A stretch of DNA of 64,000 nucleotides, from contig CM082596.2 of the NCBI GenBank assembly GCA_040954595.2, positions 9,940,461 to 10,004,460 on the forward strand, in the 5' to 3' direction. Position numbers and translations under genes: made by a program. Below the pieces are notes generated by a model. It was not told where the DNA came from. It saw nothing but the letters and a program-made list of their open reading frames with translations, and ran no database searches. Source of the DNA: Balanoglossus misakiensis. Taxonomy: Eukaryota > Animalia > Hemichordata. Below, one piece after another: positions 26,739-37,607 of this stretch (position 1 is the stretch's first letter; each line of letters opens with the position of its first letter).

Positions 26739-27182
26739 CTTTCTCTTATTATTCTTTGTAGCTAAGATCTCACAAATCTTACTGTTCTTCTTCTCTAGTC
26801 TAGCTAGCTGGGTTGAGGATCTTTTTACTAGTCTCCTAGCTGCACTCAACTTATTCAACTTATCCTGAATTATGCTTTCTTCCTCATCTCTCTTTCTCTT
26901 TCTCTGTCTACACCACTCTCCTAAGTTAAACCTGTGTTTAGTCTGTCCTCTCTTTGTTCTAACTACCAATAGGTTGTTGGCCACGCTCCCAGACAAAGAT
27001 CTAGTCTTCAATTTCTCCTGATATAGTTGTTGCAAACACTTCTCTTCAGCTACCTGTCTCGCTATCTTTTGGTCCTTTGTCCACTGGCCTATGTTGAAGT
27101 AACTTTTCCCTTTTCTATTCGGCATAACAATAGACAAACTTTTAAGAAGTGCGCTACTCCTGTTGAATAGTTTGCCCCACAT
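26739..27182 (-). CDS. Upstream coding exon of the transposase (148 aa, K/R-rich, helical)
   Basis: ATG at 27182 in GCCATG; donor AAG|GTAAGC at 26738 joins in phase 0 to IPVDDVNVKR, giving ~894 aa in total. A further acceptor (CCCTTTTCAG, 27199) and donor (ATG|GTAAGG, 27334) suggest a 5'UTR intron. Confidence 0.7.
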
Positions 27183-27987
27183 GGCTCTAAATCTATACCT
27201 GAAAAGGGTGAACAAGAGAAATATCTTTACAATAATTATCTATCCGAGGGAAGCAAAAACAAAACACCTGCTCATTATACTTCCTCCAGAAATTGAGGTC
27301 AAAGGTGACATAGAAAGAATGTGGGTAACCTTACCATAACAATCTCGCCCGTTCATTTTTTTCTTATTTCGTTTTCACCCTCGAATTTCCAGCGAATTAT
27401 ATCAAGAATATATTTTAGCACAAACTATTGGTTTCTGATTTTTCAGTTACGGTCTTATTTTCTGTCAATTCTATGAACAATATCACCATGTCGCTGAAAA
27501 TTCGAAGCGCCGCCATTACAATCAATGTAACCCGTGCTGCTGCCAAGGAACACACAGGGTCGTATATTTTCGCTTGGTATGATTTCGTCATATTGCTTGT
27601 AGCAGCATTTTAAACATGGAATCCTATGTTTACGTATAAAAGACTAAATTCGTATGGTTTTCAAATTGAAAAAAACAATTCTGTGAAGCTGAATCGTTGT
27701 AATTTTTAGTGTTTGTTTATGGTTGCTTAGGACGGCTTCTGCTATAGCAACGGCCAGGGACTGTCAGCGGGTGATCAAAATGTTCAAGTTATTTGGCTGA
27801 TACACATAAATAACACAGCAGAATCGCAACTTTATTTCATATTGTCTCTGACATCTTGCTAATTTTACTAAACAAAACTTGGAATAAAGCAATATTACTC
27901 ACCGAATTATGCTGTGCATCGACAGCTGTGTTCGATCGCGAACGCCATTACTGTGTCTAATTAAATATTCATGAGCTTCATAGGCTG

Positions 27988-28031
27988 CCACGGAAATACT
28001 GCCCATAGGTGGCGTCGTTCAAGCTGTAGTG
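27988..28031 (-). repeat. Right bipartite terminal inverted repeat
   Basis: The reverse complement reads CACTAC-N20-TGGGCAGTATTTCCG. Confidence 0.8.
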
Positions 28032-28034
28032 ACA

Positions 28035-29995
28035 GGTGGTGGTTCCCAGAGTGTATCGTAACCAGGTGATGAGACTAGCCCATGAATCAGTGCTGGGTGG
28101 TCACCACGGAACTCACAAGACCACAGACAAGATCCTCAGCAACTTCGTTTGGCCTGGGCTAACATCAGATGTTTCCCGTTACTGTCAGTCCTGTGATTCA
28201 TGTCAACGGACACAACCAAAGGGACGGGTGACCAAGGTACCACTTGGAAGTATGCCACTAATAGATATCCCTTTCCTACGTATTGCAGTAGACCTGGTTG
28301 GCCCTATTCATCCATGCACTGAACGCAAGAATAGGTACATACTTACTGTTGTTGATTATGCAACACGCTATCCGGAGGCTGTTGCATTGACTAACATTGA
28401 TACCAAGACTGTTGCAGAGGCGCTCCTGGACATCTACTCAAGAGTGGGGTGTCCACGTGAAATTCTGACAGATCAAGGAACTCAATTTACATCAGATGTG
28501 ATGCGTGAGGTCAGCCGGCTTTTGTCTATAAAGCAGAAGACTACCACCCCATACCACCCAGCATTCAATGGTCTAGTGGAACGGTTCAATGGTACATTGA
28601 AACTCATGCTCAGGAAGATGTGTGAGGAACGTCCAACATATTGCGATCGTTATCTGAATGCTTTACTATTTGCCTACAGAGAAACGCCTCAATCGAGCAC
28701 AGGATTCTCTCCGTTTGAGTTACTTTATGGGAGGAGTGTGCGTGGTCCAATGGCTATCTTGAAAGAACTATGGACTGGAGAGATCAGTGAACCAGAAACC
28801 AAAACGACTTATCAATACATCCTTGATCTTCAAAAGAAATTAAAGAAGGCATGCGATTTAGCAAGACAAGAACTGAAGATATCACAAGGCAAATACAAGT
28901 CCTACTACAATAGAAAGGCCAAATGGAGGAAGTTCAACAAAGGTGACGAGGTGTTATTGCTACTACCTACTGACCATAATAAACTACTTATGCACTGGAA
29001 GGGTCCTTTTCCAGTGGTGGAGAAAGCGAGCAATATGGATTACAAGATTGACTTTGGTCATAGGGTGAAAACATTCCATGCCAACCTGTTGAAGAGGTAC
29101 TATCGAAGAACTGATCAGCTAGATGAAGTATCAGCTGGACTTCTTGAGATTGTGTGTGTATCTGTGATAGATGAGCAGAGTTATGAATCTTCAGAAGTAC
29201 AAGAGAACACAGGGGTTAAAGTAAACGATGACTTACTGCGGGTTCCTGCATTCAAGCAGAAAGAATTTGCTGCAGATGTGAATGTATGTGACAACTTGTC
29301 AGACATACAGGAGCAAGTGGTGAGGAGGTTGCTGATCAATTACAAAGATATGTTAACTGATATTCGTGGTAACACCAACCTGGGTTTCCATGACATCAAG
29401 TTGATGGATCCAACACCAGTATGCAGTAGGCCATACCCCATCCCTCATGCACTCCGTGAAGCAGTGAAAGATGAAGTCAAAACGATGATTAAGATGGGAG
29501 TAGCTGAACCTTCAGAGAGTCCATATGCTGTTCCACTGGTAATGGTGAAGAAATCTGATGGGTCCAATCGTTGTTGTGTTGACATGAGAAAGCTCAATCG
29601 CATAACAGTGTTTGATGCAGAGCCTACACCAGACCTGAGTGATCTCAGCAAAGAATATTGGCAAGTCCCGTTGACTGATAATTCTAAACAATTGACGGCA
29701 TTTATCACGCATGATGGGCTATACCAATTTATCAAAATGCCTTTCGGACTTGTAAATAGTGCTGCGACTTTTAGCAGAATTATGAGAAGATTGTTAAGAG
29801 ATATGAAGAACGTAGACAACTATATCGATCACATACTGATCCACACTGCATCATGGGAAGAACATATCAAGACAATTACAGATTTGATGAGCAGACTACG
29901 AAAGGCAAAGTTAACAGCGAGACCAACTAAGTGTTATGTGGGTTATGAGCAGATCGATTTCCTGGGTCATGTGGTTGGTCATGGTGAACTATTCC
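28035..29995 (+). pseudogene. pol: Integrase + defective, truncated reverse transcriptase of the Gypsy element
   Basis: AHES..GHHG..CDSC zinc finger, AVDLVGP, ILTDQGTQF, GLVERFNGTLK and WKGPF, then RT motifs PYAVPLVMVKK, MPFGL, YIDH (for YIDD) and FLGHVVG. There is an internal deletion before DLSKEYWQ. The ORF tail to 30201 is unrelated sequence. Confidence 0.92.
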
Positions 29996-30094
29996 TGTTT
30001 CAAAATGACCTACATTACAGGTCCTATGCACACGTATTACATGTTCTGATTGGTTTATCCACTTCTCTAAGGTCCACTTGCGGCTCGCTGATTG

Positions 30095-30355
30095 GAGGGA
30101 CCTTATGTGTTAGGTCTTATTACTATGTATTATTCACCAGACCTTGTAGGTTAGGTCTTATTACAATGCATTATTCACTTTACAGCTCCCTGATTGGTTA
30201 ATGTGTAGGTCTGGTCCTCCAGTGTTCACTGCCTCATTATGCAGGACCTTGTAGGTTAGGTCTTATTAATATGTATTTATTCACCATACAGCTCCCTGAA
30301 TGGTTAACGTGTCAGTCTGGTCCCCCCCCCCCAGTGTTCACTGCCTCATTGTGAA
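30095..30355. repeat. Short local tandem duplication (~106-bp unit)
   Basis: ACCTTGTAGGTTAGGTCTTATTA at ~30141 and ~30247; CCAGTGTTCACTGCCTCATT occurs twice. Confidence 0.6.
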
Positions 30356-31887
30356 ATGTCCCATGTGCTTCCTGGCTAGCGTTGTGGTAACATATTATTC
30401 GGGGTGTCCGCAGATCGTTCATTGATTTTCTGAGAAATAGCCTAACTGATACTATCTCCAACATAAACCGCACCCTGGAAAGATTAAATGATCTTTTAGG
30501 TGGACTTTGAAAATCTGATTAACTCATCTAAGCATTTTAGCTAAGTTGTATATTTTTTAATTATAATCATACAAAATACTTAAAAAATAAAAACAATGTT
30601 CAGTTTTAATACCCACTGATGAGGGGAAACATCAGTTTCAAATTCTTTTCATGGGAGCGCTTGAGCAGAGTTATGAGTTTTGCTCTGTGAAAGAAAATGG
30701 GGGGATTTCAAAATTTTGGCAGTTCGGAAGGGGGATTTCAAAATATTTCGGGTTGTGAAAGGGGGGGGGGGCATGTGAAAATTAGCGGTAAAAGATGAAT
30801 CCCCCCCCCTCCAGAGGTGTTTGTGAATGCAGCCTAAGAAAGAAAAAATGTGAAATGGGTCAAATATGGGCCGGACGTGCCCATTCAACTCAATTTACTT
30901 TTGTTTGCTTTAAGTAGGAATTGATCACAGCTATATTTATTTTGGACACCTGAGCGACAAGAAAACAATCTGATTCTACATTTTAAAAAGCGTCATTGGA
31001 AAAGCACTGCAATTTTGTTTCTTGCTTTAAAAAAGTTTGGGGTGGCATGTAATAATTAAGGTGTGTCTAAATTACTAATTTGGTGCACCTCAAAGCCCTT
31101 AGCCAATGTAAATTATATCCTGCATTGTATTCATGAAGGATATCCTCCCGCGAGGTCAATGCCATTCAATGTCAAACAGTCTCAACAAAGACCATTGGAC
31201 ACTCATAGCCGTTTTGTATGAAAGTGACTGGAGTACGAGATGAGTTTCATGACAACAACAAATCATGCTCAGTCTCGCTTCAGGGTCTATAATTTCAATA
31301 ACGGCTAGACGCTGGACACTATCTTAGGTAACACTTTAGGGTCATAGTGCTGGAACGACATGTTTAAACAGGTCGTTCCGGCACTCTGACCCTTTCGGCC
31401 CCAGTCGTTTCAGCCCCCATTTTCCACGACCCAAGTCGTTACAGCCCGGACAGTAACACCCCAAACATTTCAACACTTATCAGGGAAGACCTTAGCCCAA
31501 CTATTAAAACTTGGCTTGAACCTACTTAAGTTCTCCGCATGAAATATGAGCGAGCGTTGTCAGAGGACGACAGCTACGCACACTTTGGGCGTGACCGAAT
31601 CAAACAGAATTGAATATTCTATATTCGGAAAAAACACCTTATCTCCGTTTTGCCGTTGACAAACCGATTTCTGTCATGACAGTTACTCCCGGGGACTGTG
31701 ACAGACCATATACAGACAGTAGAGGCCGCGCGCTGGGGGTCTACACAAGTCACTACAGCTGATGTAAGCAAGTACAACATGCTTTGCTTGCAGGAATGTT
31801 CCATTTTCAATAGAGGGGTGTGTATATTCAGAGGGAATGTCAGTCGGGGCCCTGGCTGGCAACATGCGGCGTATATATTGACAATCT

Positions 31888-32815
31888 TAGCCGGGAGACC
31901 AGGGCGTCGATCTAAAATACAACGCTCGGGGACAGTCGAGCAAGTCCTGCTGAGCTGAAAGATAGTAGTCTTGGCAACGATCGAGGTCGCTTAGTAACAA
32001 ATGGATAACGAGTGATCTATCAAATGTTGACGGGCGCCAGTGGTTGGATGATATAATTAAAGGCACGTAAGCTGTAACTGGATAAAAAATTAAAGTTTTA
32101 AATAATCTCATATATGCTTTTAATTATGTCTATTAAATGCTATTTCATGATAATATATCAAGCTCAACACTTATTTATGACAAAATGGCCAAAAATTAAA
32201 GAAAAACGAAAATTCCTGCAATTTAAAAAAAAGCGCAATATTGCAATGAAAAATGAAAATCTGATGTCTCAGTGGTGTACATTTACTTCCATGAGCTCAA
32301 GTGGATGAGATCATGTTTTGTTTATGAAGTTTCACAACCGGAAATGCAACATTTTCATTGTTTCTTGCATTTTCCCACGGTGGCGGCCATAATCGCTTGC
32401 GGCAAAGCTTTATTATTTATCTGGTTAAAACTTGCATATGCACTCATACTTAGGGTTTATAATGCTTGTGTATTGTTCACTACCTTCATCTGTATGGACT
32501 AATGGTAGTGCAGTTTGAAACAAAAATTATGAAAATTATCCCAAAAGTTACACCTTACGTGCCTTTAACAAAGCTTGGTTATGAATATTCATACACCTTC
32601 AAAACCACTCCCACATCCCATCGCGGGAATTTCACACATGACTCCACCTCTATTTCCTTATTTAGAAGGCGACGATGTCATGTGGTTAACATTGAGTGAC
32701 CAATTAGCTTACACGCAAGATTTACCACACGTGTCGTTCTACGAACAGAATTCTGTTCGTAAATAGAGACTGTCCCCGGGCGTTTCTTTTCCCCGACGCC
32801 CTGGTCTCCAGGCTA
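31888..32815. mobile_element. Non-autonomous Academ (AcademH-type) element with 9-bp TSD
   Basis: TGACAATCT|TAGCCGGGAGACCAGGGCGTCG...CGACGCCCTGGTCTCCAGGCTA|TGACAATCT. TAG..CTA ends with a 9-10-bp TSD are described for AcademH. Confidence 0.8.
32061..32564. mobile_element. Non-autonomous Kolobok-type element nested in the Academ element
   Basis: TTAA|AGGCACGTAAG...CTTACGTGCCT|TTAA. Confidence 0.8.
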
Positions 32816-33128
32816 TGACAATCTCGCTGATAGGCGCAGCTGGAATTTATGTTTCTGTGGTATGATTATTGTATTTTATCAATGCACAATCACGATGGGC
32901 GAGTTTCAAGCAAGCAATTGGATTCGCTTCAATCCCTCACTAAAATCTAGACTGCACCACTGTATAATAACACAATACAGTCTTCTAGCCTCATGGTATA
33001 AACAGGAACTCTTGTCTGCTGGACATCCGGGTACTTTGGTCTACTGAGTGAACGCGTTACGTATAGAGGTAGCGCAAAGTGAAAACCTATTTAAGGCAGC
33101 CACAACAATCAGTGTTGACGTACATACA

Positions 33129-33230
33129 ATCTGACTAAAATCGCAGTTGGTATGACGACAGCATACTAATAATACTGTACCACATAAGTAAAAGACGTCG
33201 TCGTACCATACATCTGATTTTATTCAGATT
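33129..33230. mobile_element. ~100-bp palindromic mini-MITE (same family as 33493-33600)
   Basis: AATCTGACTAAAATC...GATTTTATTCAGATT. Confidence 0.55.
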
Positions 33231-33248
33231 ACTGCATATTTGCATATA

Positions 33249-33455
33249 CTGTGAAACAAGTTATTTTCGCGAGCAATACATTTTCGCGAGATACGTGAGA
33301 GCCAAAATGGTATGAAAATAAGAGGTCGCATAATTATTTTTGAAGATAACGATGCAGTGAATGAAATAAGAGAACGCGAAAATTAATACTCGCGAAACAG
33401 TAGCCTCTCTCGATATCGTGAAAATTTCAACTCGCTAAAATAAAGTGTTTTACAG
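33249..33455. mobile_element. Tc1/mariner-type MITE with TA TSD
   Basis: TA|CTGTGAAACAAGTTATTTTCGCGAG...CTCGCTAAAATAAAGTGTTTTACAG|TA, with internal TTCGCG repeats. Confidence 0.7.
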
Positions 33456-33492
33456 TAGTTTATGTATGTAAAGTGTTCCTGATGTTAACACA

Positions 33493-33600
33493 ATCTGATT
33501 AAAATCAGATGTAGGCCTAGGGAATGGCGACGTAGTTTTTTGATGCTGCGACAGCATAAAAAACACGTCGCCGTTCCCTACATCTGATTTTAATCAGATT
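33493..33600. mobile_element. ~108-bp palindromic mini-MITE
   Basis: AATCTGATTAAAATCAGATGTAGG...CCTACATCTGATTTTAATCAGATT, with GTTAACA on both flanks. Confidence 0.6.
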
Positions 33601-33714
33601 AGCGTTAACATAACTTTATCAGAATAAGTTAACGCCATAACTTTGACAGAATAAGAGTTGCCTCAAACGGCTCTAACCGAATTTCCATTAATAGCAGAAC
33701 AAACAAGCTGTAAT

Positions 33715-36625
33715 CAATACGCCAACCTTTAAAATATTACTTTAGAAAGTTTGTATTCATACTTTCTTCAAGTTGTCATAACGCTAACCCGAAATGTGTT
33801 TTAGTATTGCCTTTGTATTAATGGGCTAGATTCATGGCGTTATATGTCATAAATTAAAAAGACAACCCTTATTGTTTTTGATAATATTTATGTCGGAGAA
33901 TCCACAATGAAAAATATGTATTTTCAATTTCATAACTCAAAATAATTTCCAAATCCATGACCTTATTTTCAACTCCAGTGATCGTACATCCTGAACCTTG
34001 TTCCAGTAAATGATTGGTCATTACAGGGTTAATGGGCACTCTCCCGTTCTCTTCCTCCGCAGTTTCATTCATGTTCTTGTTTGACGGAAATGGGTGTGAC
34101 CAGACGCTTGAATGTTTTCATGTGGGTTGAGTTGTTCATCGGGAACGGCCTCCTGGTGTGTCTGTACAGGTACGCAAGGAGAAACTGCCCACAAGAAGCT
34201 GCGAGTGAAACTATTTAAGGTAGTATGTGCCTCGCGGTCCGAGATTCAGACAAATGATAGTCCTCAAAACTTTTTCAAGTAATTGATTTACTAAAGTGTG
34301 TGGTGAGTCTCTTTGAAAACAACAACAATATTACTCATCATATTGTAATTTTTTGAAACTATAAAATGAAGTTGACAATGCACCAAACAGATTCTATTTA
34401 TTTCTTCATGACCATGTTCACCCCAAGGTCATATGGACCTGCAAGTATATGCCAGAGCCAGAGACGACATTACCGAAGCCAGAGTTTAAAGCTTACAGGT
34501 CACCCCTTGCCAGCTCATGACTAGCTAAACTGCCATGGATGCCAAGAGATATATGACTACGGTAACCTGTAGATGGTTTCAGTATGTTTGAAGAAAGTGG
34601 TGGCGCACTTTTGGCTACATTTGAAATGGCTATGGTACCAGTGGTTGAATTTGCAAAGGTGACCTTTGACCTGGCATCTTTAAAGATATTAAAGAACGAT
34701 TTACCATTCCTTGTTGTCGTAAAATGACATCTGTAATAACTTATATTTTATCTGTTCATCTTGAAGTACTATATATTTAAACGCCAATTTTCCATTGCCA
34801 ATCAAGTTTTTACAAATAAATTGTAATATGCATGTTGATTTTACAAAAACTCCTTACTTCCAAGTGAATTCTGTTACACATCACGTAACTATTTTCCCCA
34901 CGAATTCTTCAGTTGCTAACTCGGAAATTTCATATATTGGGCAGAAATTGGATACCGTATATTCTCACAAATAAGCGCCACCCATGATTAGGCGCCAGTG
35001 ATACCTGACTTTGCTACTTTTTACTTAAAATTAAGCGCCAGGAATTTTTTTTGAGGTGTGTGGACGTACGTGAATCATGACAAGTGCTACCGAGGTAACA
35101 CCTGTTTAGGGGTCTCGTCAAAAACAACGGGGGGCTTGCTGTGTGAATAATAATTGACCTGAGCAGACAATGCATGCTTTGGGCTGATGTGCTATTTATT
35201 TACAAGATGAAATCGGGCACGTGTCAACCTCCTAATTTATGTAAATTATCACACTGCAAAAGACACAGGTGCCGGGCGTCTAGACACTCGTCTTTTTCCT
35301 GTCGATCGATCGGCAGCCGCTTACGTTACCGGCACTACCACCCAAGTTTGACCATATGGCCAGGGCTTTGAAATAATAGGACTAGTTTCAAGTTGTGAAT
35401 ATGTTTGCGGTATTAATTTTCTCGTGAATATTCACGCAACGTGAGTACATGTATTCACGCAACCTTGCCTGACCTTACATGTATGAGAGCATGATGACAA
35501 AGACGCACTTGGACTAAACCACTATACGTCAGTAGATTTTGTTGATGGTTCAGCCAGCATACTGTAATGCTGCTCGTAGTATTCACTTCGTTGACAACTT
35601 TTTATTTCTGGAATATTTATTAGATAATACATTGAACTGACTGTATTTGAATAGAAAATGTTAAAACTTTACATATGAATTTGAAACAGCCATTCATTCA
35701 CTACGGACACTCCCTTATGAGAACACTGATTGGAACGTCCCAAATCATTTGCATATGAATCAACAGGGTACAGTATACCGGGCTATCCATGAATAAGCGC
35801 CACCGGTTCTTGAAAAGACTCATTTCTGCCTTTGTTTAGGCGCCACCAAAATTTGAAATGGTTAAAAAGTGGCGCTTATTTGTGAGAATATACGGTACAT
35901 TACCCAGCCATTAAAATTACAGTTTTCTATTTTAATTGATCGTCCATAACTTCAAGTACTTTGACTTGACATACATTAAAAACATCATGGTGAATAAATA
36001 AAAATTATTTGATTATCTAATTGTGCATGTTTACATGGTTTTATTTTAGTATGCTGGGTACTTAATGTCTAATGGCTCGCTGATTTTATACTGTTCAAGA
36101 TGACAATCTAATTTTAGTTTTCAGCTGATAATTGAAATCAATGATTCAAAAAAATTGAATTTTGACATGAATAAACTTCTTGTTCATGGCAGTTGCTGTG
36201 TTTTGTTTCATTTGTATTCAATTTTTGCAAGCATACCATTGAGCACAGTTTGATTTGATTAAACACGTTTATCGGAAAATTTTGTCATTTGAAATATCTG
36301 TTTTTGCGCCCTCTACCATTTGACCAAATGATTCTCTTATTTTGGTGGCCTTTGTCTGTGTATATGAGAATACTATAGTACTCTCGCATCGATCATAGTA
36401 GAAGTTGAAAACGTCTCTTGCCACGTGGCCTGGAAGAAAGGCGATCTTTAGAGTAAAAAAAACAAACTATCCAGATAGGAAGCTAGAAAAGAAGTTGAAT
36501 CGTTGAAATTTTATTTATTTTATATTGTTAATATCGTTCGTGATGTTGACTGGCCGACAATCTTTGTCACACGAGTCTTTTCAGGCAGATTAAAACATTG
36601 CCTATTCCAGCAATAATCACAACAG
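33715..36625 (+). repeat. ~2-kb dispersed duplication, copy 2 (with a 941-bp MITE insertion)
   Basis: Colinear with 16968-18935 apart from the insertion. Confidence 0.95.
34955..35895. mobile_element. Non-autonomous Tc1/mariner-pogo element, perfect 27-bp TIRs, TA TSD
   Basis: TA|CCGTATATTCTCACAAATAAGCGCCAC...GTGGCGCTTATTTGTGAGAATATACGG|TA. The empty site GGATACATT is present in the paralog at ~18202. Confidence 0.92.
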
Positions 36626-37607
36626 GAGTGTGTCACACAGGAGACAGTTGGGATTATAGTCATAATCTACCTTAGTTTGTTGTCAACAACCAGATGTGGT
36701 CGCATTCCGTGCATCCGTGCATATTTTGGAACAACGACTCTATCGAACAGACGTATTTCAAACACCTTGGAGAAAAACATCGATGACCAGTGGAATTGAC
36801 TGTCGCTTGAAATCCGATAGGAATACACCTGTTTACGGTGGACGATACCGACACTCCTCTGCTAACTTAATCTGCTCTGCTAACTATACCTGCTTTGATT
36901 AAGTTGCGTCTAAAACTTTCCTTACAATACAATGTGGGTCTCGACTGTCGGTCCCAACTATAGCGACGACAGCCTCGGTATGTTTCGCCGATAGCAATCC
37001 GGAGATGAAATTTGCATACAGCAATATCTTTCAAGATAAATAATTTATGTCCTAAAGGTATTACTTTTAGTGGTCTGACGGAGACGTTTTCTGCTGTAAC
37101 ATGCAAAACCTGCGGCGGACCTGAGGTCATGTTGCGAACACTGTAGTTTTGTTACGCCCGCCATCCTTCGGACGTTTACCTCATCGGGGCTTCTTTGGGG
37201 AATCAGCCACGTCCGAAGGGTGAGAGTGTAAATTCTCTCCCTCTCCTTCTCCACCCAACATATTCATAGAGTCAGAGAGAGGTACCCGGCATATCGTAAA
37301 CTTAACGAGAGGCATAACGAGACTTTCAACAAGTTTTCCGAGTAACACAAATAGTTCTGGTTTATTACTGGTCACACGTAAGAATTACACGACTCTATCC
37401 ATGCTCGTTGACTCCCGTCACGGATCTCCGGTGATAATAATGTGATATCAAATTTCATCACCTCTTATTAATACGTTAGTCAAGTATTATGTCATAAAAG
37501 GAACACGTCATCTTAATATTTCTTAAACATGAACTTAGCGCGTGATATCTCTATCTCGTTCTGACATGTATCAATTACACAATCTTGTTTACTCTGAGTG
37601 AAGTACC

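Larger units (their letters stand above)
22558..28031. mobile_element. 5474-bp cut-and-paste DNA transposon (RAG1/Transib/Chapaev-CMC-related) with two convergent genes, bipartite CACT ends and a 3-bp TSD
   Basis: ACA|CACTGC...GTAGTG|ACA. Removing the element plus one ACA restores CTG TTA CAG GTG GTG (L-L-Q-V-V) and fuses ORFs 20999 and 28036 in frame. Confidence 0.93.
19150..29995 (+). mobile_element. Gypsy/Ty3 LTR retrotransposon, Gmr1-type domain order (gag-PR-IN-RT); 3'-truncated, decayed and interrupted by a DNA transposon
   Basis: LTR, PBS, CCHC knuckle, DSG protease and H2C2+DDE integrase lie upstream of a Gypsy-like RT. No RNase H or 3' LTR is visible. Confidence 0.93.

Noticed and set aside
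22558-28031. Calling the element a bona fide ProtoRAG/RAG1L-RAG2L transposon
   Set aside because: The TSD is 3 bp rather than 5, the partner lacks kelch/PHD features, and there is no RING domain or core C2H2 zinc ligands. The motifs are equally compatible with Chapaev/CMC relatives.
29996-30201. C-terminal tail of ORF 28036-30201 as RNase H
   Set aside because: No RNase H motifs; the ORF runs into unrelated locally repeated DNA after the truncation.
30660-30837. Harbinger-like MITE end (GTTTGTGAATGCAGCC|TAA) with G/C runs
   Set aside because: No matching opposite end found, so boundaries cannot be supported.
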